Shown here: in pieces, positions 13,324-27,859 of the stretch
Layout: each line of letters opens with the position of its first letter
Position numbering within the stretch: the stretch's first letter is position 1
The notes under the pieces: model-generated
Databases searched by the model: none
What the model was told of the DNA's origin: nothing
The model's input: only the letters and a program-made list of their open reading frames with translations
Translations under genes and position numbers: made by a program
Assembly: GCA_009602725.1 (NCBI GenBank)
Contig: WELB01000010.1
Location: forward strand, 818,965-882,964
Origin: Spirogloea muscicola
Taxonomy: Eukaryota
Direction of reading: 5' to 3'
Length of the DNA: 64,000 nt

Positions 13324-14052
13324 ACGTCTGTGTACATGGCAGAACATAGCCAGAAGGCCTATTCACATTGTTGTTGAGAGAATACCTGTCTTCATAGACG
13401 CTCCCAAACTGGTCATGTGCAGGCTCAGAAATGTACAAGCTCATCTCGGTCAGTCCTGGGATGCAGATTATATCCTCCACAGCACATTGCTTGTCAAATC
13501 TCTACTCTTTTCCTCGTAGGAGAGGGGCACAGCCTGGACCTGCAAAAGCAAAAGCCATCTTGCAACATCAGAGAACAGAATTGATTATGATATGGCTAGC
13601 ATATCCTTGATATGAAATGCATAGGACTTTATGGCATTTATAGACTGAATGCACTCACTATTGACTGTGAAGTCTTACCCTCATTCACAACATTCTGCTC
13701 CTCAATGTCCCGTGGTTCATGCAGAATGGAGAGTCACCTTGTGCAAGTTCTTCTGGCGCCCTGAAGCATTCTACTCGTAATTGTAGCAGTGGGCTACGGC
13801 AATAACTTCTCTTCTGTGTGTCTCATGGGGACTCGGCACTGTCTGAGTCGGAGAAGCGAGTGTGAGATGCAGTAAGAGCCATCCGCTGGCCATGCAGGCC
13901 ATGCTCGGCCCTCAGTATCGTAGGATTGTTAGCTGGTATGATTGCTGGCTTTGCAGGAACAGGCCACTCTGGTGAATCAGTGATAATATGATGACCTCCA
14001 GTGCATTGCAGCTCCCCTGGCTCCTGCCTGCAGGACTTGGGAAGAGATTACA

Positions 14053-17000
14053 TCAATGACAGGGTGCTAAAAGAAGGCCTGCTCTCTCCTCAGGTCCAAT
14101 GATAGAGAAGCTGCCATATGCACAAGTATTGCTGCATCGAATGAGGATGCAAAGGTCCCACCGCGAACATGTACGAAGAGGGCCACATGTGTCAGTGTCC
14201 TTTTGGGAGCCTGCCGCCAAGCTCCGCTGTCCATCTTGAGGTGGGTGTGCCAAGGCTCGAACGAGCATGACCTGCAGCTGGGGCAGGGAGGCCAAGCTGG
14301 AACTGGCAACGACCATCCCATCAAATGCAGTGCAGGTGTGCTGGCTTCGACAAGGATCCAGTGCGACGGCCTGCACGACCAGGCAGCCTCCACATGACGC
14401 CCATCAGCCCACCTACAGCGCAAATGCACAGTCCCCAATGTAGAGCCCGACACTTGTCATCCAGGGCTCAAGTATATGCAAGCCCTAGACCTCAGTCAGC
14501 ATGTGCGCCACGCCAACCAGCCTTCAAAGAGCATATGGGAGGAAGCTACAGCACTGCAGGCTAAATAGCATATATTCTCAGAGAGCTAAATCAATTGAAG
14601 GCACCTACAGCTAAAGTGGCTTGCAGAATCATGAAAAAAGTAAGGTGTAATCACAAAGTAAGGTATCAATGCAGGCAATTTGGATCCTTTCTGTGTCATT
14701 TAGAGCTTAGTCACCTTGGGGTACCGCTGGCTGAAGTGAGTCAAAATTACGCCCTGGGCCTTCATCTGCTCAGCAACAAGCAGCGCTTCCTCAACCGTGC
14801 TGTGCTTCTTCTTCCTGGCATGCTTCTCCATACCCTTCTCAAATGTTGCCTCGTGGATGAGAAGGGTGCACCCTTGGCCTGCTCGGACCAGTCTTTGGCA
14901 GGGCTGAGTGTCGCCTGAGTACACAAGAGACCAACCATCCTGCGACTTGATGACAAGGCCAAAAGCTTCCTGACAGTGCTCCACTGGCACACTCTGCAGC
15001 ACACGACGTTGTAAGCGCCAACCAACAAAGTCAAGGGACATGAGACTTAGTGCTCATGTAGATGTCAGTGGCCATCTTCTACCTCACACCTGAGAGCTTG
15101 TTGCTCCTAACAAGCATGAAGCTTGCATATAACAGCTCATTTGAATAGATGCAGTCGACCAACCTGTGCATGTTACACTTGAGTCTGAGCCTTTGACAAG
15201 GCAATCTATAGAAGGTATGTACACAAAAGCACCTGGATGCTTTGAAGATGGAGGCTGTTGAGCAACCACTGCTGTACAGAGCCTGGCTGAGCAGTCAGGA
15301 CGTCAAAGGTATTCTCTGAGAAGCTCAAAGATGTCGCTCTGTGCCCGTCGAGTACGCAGTTGTGTATGTAGCGGAAGGAGGGTACTTGTAAAGAAGAGGA
15401 GGCACATGCCTCAACAACCTGCTCAGTACGAGGGAGCATTAGCATACCTACTGCTGGGCTTAGAGTCAGCAGGTACCCAAATCTGATGACTTCCTTGTGA
15501 CTAGTTCATAGACACGGATTCATCAGAATGTCTCATCTCCTACAGAAATGGGAATAGTTCCACATTTCTGGTGCAACGTCTGCAGTCAAGCAGGTGCTCA
15601 CCTCATTGAGCCACCGTTCAACTGCCCTTGGTCCAATGATAAGTAGGGGTGGAGAATCGGAGGCTCTTGAGTGCAGGATTTGCATGAGGCCAAGGCAGTG
15701 GTCAGCGTGTTTGTGGGACAGCCAGATTGCAGGCAAGGCATTGGAGAAGGCGAGAGCTGCATCTGGGCCCAGCTTCCTCACCAGCTGGCCCCAGGCGCCC
15801 TCTCCGGCATCTAACAAGATTCCAAGACCAGGGGTATGCAGTTGGCAGCTAATGCTGCTGCTTCCTCGGTACTTGCTCGGTTCCGCACAGCCTGTGCCGA
15901 GGAACGTGACTTCAAAGCCCTCCTGCTGGGCCCTAGCGTCAAGCGTGCACTCCTTCAAGGTGTTCTGCTGCATGGCATTGCCAGCCAGCCCAGCTTTGCT
16001 GCCAGTCGCCTCACCGCTTGCAAGGCAGGAGTCTGGTGGCTGGTCCATGCTCCTCCTCGCTTCTGCTTGCAGAGCCTCAACATTGATGAGCTCCGGCTGT
16101 CCAGAGCCATCCACTTCGACCAGCTGCTGATTGCCTTGGCTCTTAAGTATGAATCGCATCAGGAGCCTCCCTTGGCAGACGATGTCTGTAGCGTCCTCTA
16201 CACCAGTAAAAGTTGAGGTCGGATCTGGGTCGATACTCCTGACAGCATCATGCGTATCTGAAGTGCCCAAAGATGGACTACCAGTATGGAGTGGTGGCAT
16301 TGGGAAGAAGCTGGGCGCCACTGTGTTCAGCTTGACAACCATAGCCAGAGAGCCGAAATGACCAACTTGCGCGGCTCCTCCCAAGGCCTCCACCTGCCTC
16401 ATGCCCCTGCTGCTAAGGCTCCGCATCCAGCGCTGGTAGCCCGGCATTCCCAGGACTGTCTTTGGACTCATGTGCACAGCCAGCGCTACTTTGTGGGCCA
16501 GTTCGGTCGCAGGGTGCTCCATGCACAGTTGCTCAACGTCACAGGGCTCTTGGCAATCGACAATGAGGACTTTGGATGACAAAGCTTTCAGGTGACAAAT
16601 ATAACCCAGCAGCTTTCGAGCCTGGCTCTGCGGTGTAGTTCTTCGGTGGCCTGTCATAGAAACACTGAATAGCTTTCTGGCATCCGGTGATGTCACGTAC
16701 ACGGGGTTTGCATTGTCTTCGAGCAATGGCAGCTCAACGGCATGAGCGAGCTCCGGGCTCGACCGCGTGAAAAATTCAGGAAGCCTCGCATGCGCTGGCT
16801 CTGCGTGCAGCCTGGCGCAGCTTGCAACTCCCCAGTCCCTGGTGAAGGGATGCCGCATACATGTTGAGCTTTCTTGCAACTTCCCCAACTGTTGCTGCAC
16901 CAGTGTTTTGGTGCTCCCTTCATGGCAAAATGTGTGCAGCTTAGGAACGAGTACATAATGTGTGCATGTTTCTGCTGCTGAGAAGCGACTGCCAGCCGCC

Positions 17001-18597
17001 TGGCCGAGACAAATAAGCTCGCATGCATCAAAGCATGTCCATCAGCCATTGCACCCGACCTGCAAGCAGCAATCATTGCAAGATCAACGATCTGATGGAA
17101 CGCCCCCTGTCAGTTTGTGTGGGTGATGGTGGCAGTAAAGGGTGAGCACCTTGCTTGGAGCTACCAATTGATGAATGCCGAGCTGTCAAAATGTCCTCCA
17201 CGCAACGGCGCAAGGCAAAATGATTGGCTTGGCTGCTCAGTGGAATTGCTGCCGTACTCTGCAGTACCTCCAAAGGATTGCATGGGCCATCTGTTGTGTC
17301 TTCACTATCACAATTTTCCACCTTCGCCTTCTTGGTTAGCCTTGGTGAATCCACTGTAGTCTCTCGCTTACGGAGATTGGATTCAGCTTGCAAGCTCTGA
17401 GCCGCGACACCTTCTACCTGTGTGCAGAGACTAGCGTGACTCTCAGCCACAGAAACCTGCTGCCTTGACAATGGTAGAGAGGCGCTCTCATTGTCCTCCT
17501 GCCCTCTACCAAGGACATGAAAGCACACTGCTTCTGCTGCAGTGCTCGTTGCTGCAGTGCTCGTGCCTGGCTCCTCGCTTTCCAGTCTTTGACTTGCTGC
17601 ACCGAGCAGCAGTGGAACCGCTAAAACATGCTCATCCTCAAACACGGCCTCTTCACCAACGACATGTGTGATAAAGACCTGTCATGGAAAGGTGGAGCAC
17701 CCATTATTTCCAGAGAAGCTCGAGGACGCAGAGGGCCAAATCCCTCCACTGGCAAGCCATCACTCAATGATGAAGAGCCTGGAGGATTCAGGACTAGAGG
17801 CAGTCTGAAAGTTCCAGGTTACGGGCTTAGTGCCCGTAGCTTCGGGGTTCAAGGATTTCCTCTACCTTGGGATGGAGCCAGCGGACGAAATGCCGTAGTG
17901 CGTGGACATACCGTGCTGTGCCGGGTGGCCCGCAGACAGCGAGCCGACCGTGGCCGTCCTGCGACAGCCGCAAGAGCAGACCCCCCGTGCCAGCCTGCGC
18001 CAATCAGAACAAGCGACAAGCTCGGATTCTTTGCTGATACAGCAGCTAAGAGGAAAAAGAATTGGAAGATAGATTGTACAAGCTAGCTTAATCTTCACAA
18101 GTACAAGAGGAGACTCAGTTCAGTAGCTGAGGTGAGCAATGTCACAGAAGCCATGATGTGGCAGGCAGCAGATCTAATGGACAAGCTTTGACAATGATCT
18201 CCGGTCTGCCTTTCCGCATGCGTGGCGCGCAGCTATGCTGCTGCCAATGCGCGTCGCTGTGATGATGCGCCGACTGAGCTGGCTTCCCCGCAGACCCCCA
18301 GCTACACAGCTTCGAAGCGGCTCGGCCTCTTTGGCTGCTCGTGGCAAAGGCAGAAAGTGCAGAAGGCCGTCTCACGGCGGCGTGCGGACGGAGGGACGTC
18401 AGGAGCAGCGCGGCGAGGCGCCCCGTGGGCCGCGCGCGGTGCTCCAGCGCCAGCCGCGCGAACCCCTCGGGCGCGTTGAAGAGGTACTGCGGCCCGCCGC
18501 GCCGCCGGCTGGACAGCAGCAGCGCCGGGCCCACGGCCTCTGCGGCGGCCTGCACCAGCGTCGCCTCGAACCCGTCGCCGCCGCCGTTGCCGGCCAT
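14053..18597 (-). CDS. tRNase Z, long form (ELAC2/TRZ-like), multi-exon
   Basis: Motifs YLFNAPEG, FLGTGCAEPSKYRGSS, LLDAGEG, SHKHADH (MBL His motif), PVEHC, YSGDTQP, LLIHEATF, HST, LTHFSQRYPK and AFDGM. Confidence 0.9.
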
Positions 18598-19129
18598 CGT
18601 GGCGCGCCTGCGAAGGCAACGCCTGATGCGCCTGCAGCGTGCAGAGCTTCTCCTCGAGCTCGGAGGCTCTGAACGTTGCCTGCAAAATTGGAGAGAAGCA
18701 ACCCAATGGAAGGCAGATGCTGTGAGAGGCTAGCCCAGAAAGGGTGAATCAGACAGTGGACAGGTTCAAACAGTTTCAACATTGAACATTCAACATTGAA
18801 TAAGGTCCGCGAGACTGTCCAACTCTGAGCTTGACCATGCACTAACTAGAACAGGTGGTTTTCTCGCCAATGGCTTGTTCATCTGCTATGCACTACCTGA
18901 ACATTTGTATACTTGCCTGTCTTAAGATACTTTGACTATTGGAATGCAGCGGTACAGATTGTAAGCAGCGTACTGGTTGAAGGCGTTCTCGAAATTGCGT
19001 TCCAAGCAGTCACTCTCCGTGATTTCTGCGAGTGGGCGCTCAATAATCTCTAGTCAATAATCTCTAGTCAGCTAGTGCAGATCAGAATAAGTAGGGAGTA
19101 ACTTTCTGCCGCTAGTTGATCTAACTTGC

Positions 19130-21500
19130 GGTTATTGACTAGAGGTCCTTGGTGGCCATCCACAATTGACGCTTGCTTTAGTGAGTCGCTTGCTCTTTCC
19201 GGCCTCTTTGAGCACTTTCTTGGCTGGCCTTCCACAGCTGTCGCCTCCTGATGGAAGAGCCTTATCGGTAGCATTGATTTGGCTATTATGGATGGCCACT
19301 TAATAACCTCTACGCAAGTTGGTATCAGTAGCAGCTGGAAAGAAGTTGCCCCCACCATAGCCAGAGGCGGCAGCCAGGGCATAGCGGCATGCAGATGCAA
19401 GCCAGCCAGAGTGTTGCCAATCGGGATGGGAGCTGCTGGGCGAGCTCTAGTTGGTGGCAGATGGGCTTCGTATCTGACATCTAGTATCCAGGCATCGATT
19501 AGGAACCTTTAAGTTCTGACCCGTGGTTACTGAGCGGGTCAATCTGCTGTGCTTGCCTGCTGTGCTTACCTGTGCTTGCCTTCGTACTTCGCCATTTGGC
19601 CTTCATTTGTTTCAAATACACAAAATCCTCGATGGGATGCCCACCTGAGGAGGTCCAGTATGCCACAATGGATTCGATCGCCCTACTCATCGAACCTAAG
19701 GCAGAGAATCATGGAATGCAGGGGAGGACACAATACAGCGTCAAAGGAGAAAGAAGGCAACAAGGGGCCGATGGCTGTGAAAGGACAGCCCAGTCTAGAG
19801 AAGGTGCGCGGTGCGCATGGAATGGAAGCAAGGCCAAATTGAGCCAGTACACTATTTGCGCCCTTTGGACCTTGTCCATTCCTTATTAGAGAGAGGGACT
19901 CTTCCAGTAGAGGGTGATGGCTGTGATCCCTTATTGGGCTGGCCTTTCACAGCCATCGCCCCCTATTGGGGAAAATTTCCTACCCAGAGGAATGGGGCAA
20001 AGAATGGGGCTAAACAAAGCTGAAGCCTAGAGTAGAAAGAATGTGGCTCTCCCAAAAGGGCGAGGGCTGTGAACAGCCAGCCCGACAGAAACTGACAAAT
20101 ATCGAAGGGGCCGAGAAGCGCTTTCCCAAGCTTGTAGGATAATCACTCAGTAGCCAAAAGTAGGGAGCCGCGAGGCAAAACGACTAGCCGCCGGAAAGCA
20201 ATCCCCTTACAAATTAATAAGGTCTGAAAAGGGCCGGAAGTGGGGGCAGTGGGGCAGGCCTTCCGTACTTGTCAGGCGCCCAGGAGGCAGGCACTGGGCC
20301 TGCGTCCTGGCGCCGCCATAGCTGTTGGGGGCCAAGAGTAGAGGGCCATGGCTCTCATTGGCCAGCCCAAGAAAATGAATCCCAAAAAATTAAAGGGGCC
20401 AGAGAATCGCGAGAGCACACAGAAAGATTGGCCAGGGTTCGGGCCAGTCCGAAGCTTGAACAAGGTCTGAAAGGGCCGGAAGGCGCAGAAAGCACGAGAG
20501 CCAGCCCACAGAGAAGAGGAAGATTTCGTGTATTTGAAACAAACGAAGGCCAAATGGCCAAGTACAAAGGCAAGCACATCTTAAGACCTACATCAGAGGC
20601 AGAGCCCTCGCTGCTGCCTCTGGCTCTGGCCAGGGGACCCGCTTCCAGGAACGAAGAAGTGGCTCTCCCAATGGGGGCAAGGGCTGTGAGAAGCCAGCCC
20701 GAAAAGAATTGACAAGGTTCGAAGGGGCCAAACTACGAGCTAAGCAGCGACTGCGGGGCCTGAAGAGGCTATGGCAGAACGGGGGAGGATGGACCACTCG
20801 TAGTTACGAGTGAGGAGCCTCACATCCGACAGACTAGCTGCCGGTAAACTATCCCCCTGACGAAAGCCGGAGGCCGCAGCGAGAGCACGGCCAGCACGCA
20901 GATGCAAGGCGTGGGGACCAGGAACCCAGTCTCTCTGACCTGAGGCTGCTTAGCAGGGGTTACTGAGTGCTTCGTAGCTGCTTCGTTTCTTTATATTGTG
21001 CTTGTTGTTCTTCGTACTTCCCCTGGCCCCTTCTCGTCCTTTGTTCATCCATTTTTGGGCTGGCTTTTTCCAGCCCCTATCAGGCAGTACGTCCAGCAGC
21101 CAGGCTCTGACAACGGGCGAGCCCTTTCTTCTCGTAACCTACAGTAGATTGACCCGCTCAGTAACCACGAGTCAGCGCCAGGGGGACTAGCGGGCGGGTG
21201 AGGAAGCCAGCCGAGTGCCACAGAGGGGGTTTCGGAGACCTGGGTGGGCGGTCCCCCTGGCGCTGCTGGCGCCAGGGCGGGCAACGGCCCCGGGAATGGG
21301 GCAGCCAGGTGCGGGGCTCCCTACCCACCCGGCGCCCCCTGGCTCGCCCCCCCCGCCCACGCCCGCCGGCGGGAGGCCAAGCGCCGGCAACGCCCGGAGC
21401 CACGGCCCCTCCCCCCCCCGTCTTGCCTTCTCGTGCTTGCCTTCTGTACTTTGGCCACTCAGGCCCTCCACACTCACTCCATTCCTTGCTTCTCCTCCGA
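19130..21500. mobile_element. Dense cluster of CRE-like retroelement 3' fragments in both orientations
   Basis: Repeated ...TGACCCGTGGTTACTGAGCGGGTC (TRGY*), GTGCTTGCCTTYGTACTTGGCC and hairpin motifs. 20925-21130 matches the reverse complement of 63550-63730. Confidence 0.75.
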
Positions 21501-21529
21501 CTCCACTCCCGCCGCCGCCGGCGGCCGGC

Positions 21530-24500
21530 ATGGCCGCCGCCTGCGGCCCGCGGCGGCAGCNNNNNNNNNNNNNNNNNNNNNNNNNNNNNNNNNNNNNNNN
21601 NNNNNNNNNNNNNNNNNNNNNNNNNNNNNNNNNNNNNNNNNNNNNNNNNNNNNNNNNNNNNNNNNNNNNNNNNNNNNNNNNNNNNNNNNNNNNNNNNNNN
21701 NNNNNNNNNNNNNNNNNNNNNNNNNNNNNNNNNNNNNNNAGCCCCAAGTACCCCCTCCTCTTATTCTCCCCCTCTCTCTCTCTCTCCCCCTTTCTTTCTC
21801 ATCCTCTCTATCGCCCCCACCTCTTGGCCTTGCCTCGCGGCTCGGTCGACGGCAAGCAGCTGCGGAGCGCGACGCTCACCCGCGCCTTCGCCACTCTTGG
21901 CAGCGTTTGCTGGACAGCGGGGTCCAGACCATCGAGTGGGTGGGGCCTTCCGACCAGGTGCGTTGCGGTGGCTTCGGCCATCTTGGGCACCTCCCTGAGC
22001 GGCAGCAGCAAGGGCCCCCGCACGGATAGCTGAGCTAGCAATTCTGCTCGCCAGCCTATTGGCAATCTGCTCAAGTGACCAAGGGCCGGTGCCATTGGCG
22101 CAGTTGTGCTCGAATCACCTTGGCTCGCCAGTCCAGCTGCAGCTTCCACGGGCAGGGGCAGCACAGCAGATGGCAAAACCGCGGGTGATGGCAACTGACG
22201 CCCTCTCCCACTGCAGCTCGTCTTCGCCATCACATCGTGGGCGCATCTGTGGCGGAGCACGGACGGCGGCGTCACATGGGCCGACCAAGTGGCAGCTGGC
22301 AAGGTCTGCTCCTCTGCTTCCTGTTGGTTGGCTCCAGTCGGAGCATGCCAGCACTGCCCAAGCCTCAAGCAGAAGTTCTGACTGCATTGCTACTTATGGC
22401 AAGCTCGTATTGGCACGGTACTGCTAGCACCTCTACTGGCGAGCCTGTCTACTGCTCGCACGGCGCCAATCTGCATGCTATGGTCGGCTTTGCTGACGAA
22501 AATCCTCCATCTCTCAACCCACCTCCTCAGCTACGCGGCAGCGTGCAGCCCGAAAACGACCCCAAGTCAGTCACTCTTCAACCCGCGTGCGCTTCAAGCT
22601 TGACATTGCAAGGCATGATGGCCTTTGTAACGTGCAAACCAGGTGTTGAATAAAACCTTAGTCGATTATACAAGCTGCCAAGAGGAGCCGATCAGCTGAC
22701 TGGGCTGAGACATGGCTTCCGCCCCTCCTCCAGCTCTCCCAGGGGCAATGTTGGCCCATACGCCATCCTGTACCACCCATCCAATCCTTCCCAGGTGTGA
22801 GATGAGACCTCTGGAGCTGCCACGACCCTTCCTTCCATCGCCGTTTCACAGCCACAAACAACTGGACTGGACTGTTTGCTGCTTCTTTTCTGTGCACCCT
22901 GGCCAGCGAGCTGTTGATGCAAGTGTGCGACTCTCGATACACCTGACCAGATCTTCATCCAAGGGCGGGGGTCTTTACACTGGATTACGACTAACGGAGG
23001 TGAAGCTGTCCTCGAGCCGCTTTAGCCTCGTCTTCAGCTGCTCCATGTATTTCCTTACTGGAACCTCCAGGCTTCTGCACATGACAAGCGAGAATGGAAG
23101 CTAATGGTTGCCTTACCTATGGCTACAGGGGAGTCCTACATGGCAGTCCAAGGCCCTCAGGGCTACCTTGGAGATGTGAAAATTAGGTTGCATCCGACGA
23201 GGAATGAATGGGTATGCTCCAATCACTATGAGCACATTGAGACAGTGTGGTGCGCTTGGGCTTGATTGCTGGCAATAAGGGTGTGGTATGGTGCACGCCA
23301 GCAATTGATGGGGCTGGTACTGGTCTGCAGATCCTGGCAACGGTCCAGCGTTACGCCTGCATGAGCATCGTGGCTCGCAAGACTAGCGTGTGTGTGGACG
23401 ACGTACGCTGCCTACCTCTCAATATGCAGTGGCTCTAACTGGATCAGAGTCTTGTGTGACCTCGCTGATATTTACACGACTGTAACATCTGTAAGATCTC
23501 TCTGTTCTCTCTGTATATATCTGGGCTTGACTTACTCGTATGGCCTTCTTGTTCACCTGCAGCTCTTTGTCTCGCAAGACTTTGGTCGCACATGGCGCAA
23601 CTTGACTGAAGCTTCCCAGGCAAGGATACCAGATACCAGCTGTCCAGCAAAGTTTTGCCATGCTAAATACATAGATGCTCCAAAAAGCACTGAAGCTGAC
23701 CAGAGCCAGCACTCTGTGTGTTACCACAGGGACGACTCTTAGGATTCAAGGATTATGACTGGGGTTGGAGCAAGGTACGCCTATTGACAAGCATCCTGGG
23801 GGTGTGCCTGCATGCACTGTGAGCAACCTGTTGTTCCCCACTCGCCCTTTCTTTGGTCAGCAGTCCTGCTAATTACCTTCTACACTATCTCTTCCCAGAG
23901 CACGGGGTCTGCAAAGCATCACCAAAGCTACACTGAGGTATCTCCTTCTCAACTGGAAGAATCTCAAGGGAAGCCTCTCTATTGGGCTTCTCGCAAGCGA
24001 TCTGGGAATGCTTACTTACAATGTCACGATGAGCAATCCTGGTCCATCCCTCAGCGAGCTTCTGCTGTCCTGTGGCAATGCAGACCACAATATTGGCCAC
24101 AGTGTACGAGAACAGGCCAGAAGTGGTGGAGCAGCTGAAGCACCATGGGTATTTCACAGGCTTTGAGCCATTTGTGGACTTTGTCAGGAGCGACGACTTT
24201 TTTGTCAGCGAACATCTCAAGACCATGCCGTGCGGCAATGAGTTTGACATCGTTGGTGATAAGCTCTTCCTGGTACGCAGAAAGTGTACAAGCTAAAGCC
24301 ACTTCACGTCTCTCAAGCGGCAACATGTGACTCCAGGTGCCATTGCAGCCAGTTAGTGTAGGTGCCATTGCAGGCAGCCAGTGTGGGTACTCACCAGAGA
24401 GACTGAGAGCTAATTTTCACCTGGGGCCTTTGCGGCGGCAGGCGGTGGCAGAAATCTGCGACACTTCTAAGGAGGCCGTTTCAGCTGCAAAGGCAGCCAA

Positions 24501-27092
24501 CTTTCAGAGCTGGCAGCCCATGAAGCTGCTCATCTCGGACGACTATGGGACCACATTTGAACAGGCCTGCTTCCCGACCCCGTTGCAGGAATTTGGCTAC
24601 AGAGTGCTTGATGTGACACAAGACGCAATGTTCCTCCATGTAGCCCTCGGGGGCCCTTCAATGGGCAGTACGGTTGTTGCCGATGTGAATGAGACGATCT
24701 TCACTCTGGCCATGCCAAGAATGAGCAATGGGGACATGGGATTTGGGGTCCGCTTTGACGCCATTTCTGCCGACTTTGCACCCATCAAGGTCAGCTTCCA
24801 GCTTGAGATATCACGCATGACTCAGCAGCCTTTACCCCTGTCCACTATTGTCTTCACTTTGTCATTTTGAATGACAAATACTTGAGATGGTACGAACCTG
24901 AGTCTGCATGATTTGTGAGTGTCAGGGCCTTCCAGGTATCATCATTACAAACAAGGATCCCGACGAGGGCCGTCAAGGGGCTGGCAAGGTGAGCATCTTC
25001 CCAATATCTCGCATACAAGCGTGTCCTGTGTGTATCATCCCTTGATTGCACACCAGGAGGTAGATAGGCTCATATTCTGGTGGGCTTGGCTTGCAATGTC
25101 AGGCGAACCGGCCAAGCGGAGTACTCAGCAGGATAACGTTCAACGATGGAGCGAGGTATGGACCACAGCAAAGCACACCTGATACTGACCAGAGCGGGGC
25201 TGACTCTTGTAATAGACATTTGGCAACAGAAACCCATGCAAGGGCATTGTGGTAGAGCACATATGTGTAGTCCTTTTGAGAATTTGTAATGAAGGATACA
25301 TCACTTCTGCTCATTAAGATCACCAGTGAGCTATTCTGATGCAATTATCAATCGTTCTGTACTGGTATTGCCCGCAGTTGGCATCTGCTGAAGCCCCCTG
25401 CAAAGGACTCCAAGGGCGACGCCGTGTCGTGCAACCAGGACCAGGATCCGGATGGGCAAGGCTGCGCGCTTCATCTGGCCAGCGGAGTGCAGGCCAACCA
25501 GTGGGTGCCGGCGATACAAGTGGGCCTTGACAAGATGCTGCGTTCGCACCCGACCACACCCGGCTTGATCATTGCGCTGGGGTCCGTTGGCACCGCTAGC
25601 TGGACCAACAGCGACGACTTGAACACGTACCTCTCCAGGGATGGGGGCCAGACGTGGGAGGAAGTCGCCAAGGGCCCGCACCTCTACGAGTTTGGCGACG
25701 GTGGAGGCGTGATTGTGATGGCCAGGCACTATGCGGTGAGGAGGCCACCATGGGCTGCCTCTCTGCAGCATGCGTGCCTGTCTCATGAATACTCAATATC
25801 TGACCCCCAGGGACTGTGACTGCGACAGTTGATGGTGACAACAGATTGCTGTATGGCTACAGCTCGAGGAGACCATTAGCTCAAGAGCTTGTCAATTGCG
25901 TCATAGATGTCATGCTTTGCACCCATTTCTGTCTCAGGAGCTGCCTTCTCTTTGTTTTTGCTCGGCAGTTGGGCGCAACAAGTTCGTTCTTGTACTCCTT
26001 GGATGAGGGCTTGACCTGGACTAGTCAGGAGTTTGGAAATGGAACGGAGGTCGACATTACGGCGATCAGAGTTGAGCCAGACGGTGTGGGCAGAAAGTTT
26101 CTGCTCATGGGTCTCACACAAGACGAGGGTAAACCGGAATTCAGGAGAGGCATCCTCATCCCTGTCGATTTCGAGAAGGGCTTCACGGAGTTCAGGGAAT
26201 GTGGCGCATCAGATTATGAGGCCTGGTCACCTTCCAACGAGCAGTGCCTTCTTGGCGCCAACCTTACGCTGGTGCGACAGGTAGTTTTCTCGTCTGGCTT
26301 GCTCGTCATCATGAGGACAACAGCGTGTACTGCGACATCCCAATGCACCGAAAGCACATTATGTACAAGCTGCTGAACAAAAGTGTGCCGACATAAGCTG
26401 CTTGTGCTCCTCAATCCATGCAGGTGAGGTCAGCGCTATGCTGGAATGGGCTCAAGTACCAAGCACCCAGGCCAACTGCAGCACCTTGTCGCTGCCTTGC
26501 GGAGGACTATATCTGCGACTTTGGATACTTCAGAGAAGGGAATGGGTGCAGTGAAATTGCAACATTCAAGCCAGGATTGTGCCCAGCAGCATCTGGCTAT
26601 CACAGGACTGGTGACTCGAGATTCAAGTTGATTGGAGGAGATGTGTGCAGAAGTCCACTTAAGACATTAGGGAAGTATGAGGGAGGTGCAAGAGGGAGGC
26701 AAGGACCAGGCTGGGCCTGGTGCTTTATGTGGACATTGTTTGTGATCGTGTGGCTCTCGCTATCTACCACCTTCTTGATTGTGAAGGTGAGCTCAGTGAT
26801 CCTTTTGTGGAGCAAGTGTTTAGGTTTACATCAGTTGACTAAAATGCAAAACAACTTGCCAAGGAAGATTGATACCCTCGATACACAGCACAATGGTGTA
26901 GCCCGAAGTGCTTACACTAGGAAAATTGTGGTGCCCTTTCAGGGGTATATATCTACGAAGTGGGTGGCGCGGGTGCCATGGCTTGAGCAACACGGGTATA
27001 TAGATCTGCGGAGCAATCTTACGTTGCTGTCTCAGGAGATAAATCTGGCGGGTGATGAGTACTTTGAACCAGCTCAAAAACTGGGGCCCTGA
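21530..27092 (+). CDS. VPS10/sortilin-family receptor, multi-exon (5' exon interrupted by gap 21561-21739)
   Basis: BNR/Asp-box repeats (LWRSTDGGVTW, LFVSQDFGRTW, ISDDYGTTF, TYLSRDGGQTW, YSLDEGLTW), YEFGDGGGVIV, 10CC region (PCRCLAEDYICDFGY), TM helix and tail with YIDL. The start ATG at 21530 is tentative. Confidence 0.88.
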
Positions 27093-27859
27093 ACTAGGCC
27101 ATGACCACACATTCTTTCATTCAAATGTCCAGTATACTGTACAGGTGACATACAAGTTCTGACCAGCATTGCAGTCTTGGCGTTCTTGCGTGCCTCGGAA
27201 TCTTGTAATGCAGTCCCTTCTTCCCCCCGCCCCCTGCCCTTCAACCCACGAGGACCTTTGAGGCAAGCTAGCATAATCTGGGGTGAAAGGTAGATACCAG
27301 AGGGCAACAGGTAAGACTGGCAGTCGGAAATGAAAAAGCTGTAGGAACCGCTGTGCTTGACGACGAGGCCAATGGCGGCAGCGCAGCCCCTGACCATCTC
27401 CCGCCGCTAAGAAGAACGGGCCGGAGACATGGACGTCAAGACGTAGACAAGGGCAAGACCCAAGCGGGAAGACTGCATATTGGCGACAGTAGACAGTAGA
27501 AACATCTTGCTGGCTCCCCGTCTTGCTGGCTGGCGTCCTTCCCTGCTGCGAGCTCTCCCGACTTGCGGCTGCTGTGCTGGCTAGAGTCACTGTGCAGCAC
27601 TTCCTTACAGTCTCATGTTGGCGCTGAGTGGGTCTGCCACTTGCGGGCATCCCTGTTGAGCTCTTGTCCAAGATTCCTTGCTCAAGGCTGGCCCTTCATA
27701 ACACTGCCCTTTTTGGAACATCCACTGACTCCGCATGCACTCTTTCTTCCTTCTTATTGAGGGGAAAAAGGTGTGCGGTGCGCTTAAACATGAGAGGGAG
27801 GCCTTACAAAGTCCTGGTATCAGGGCAACAAGCTGGCTAAGAGGGTCTCTAGGACCTGC

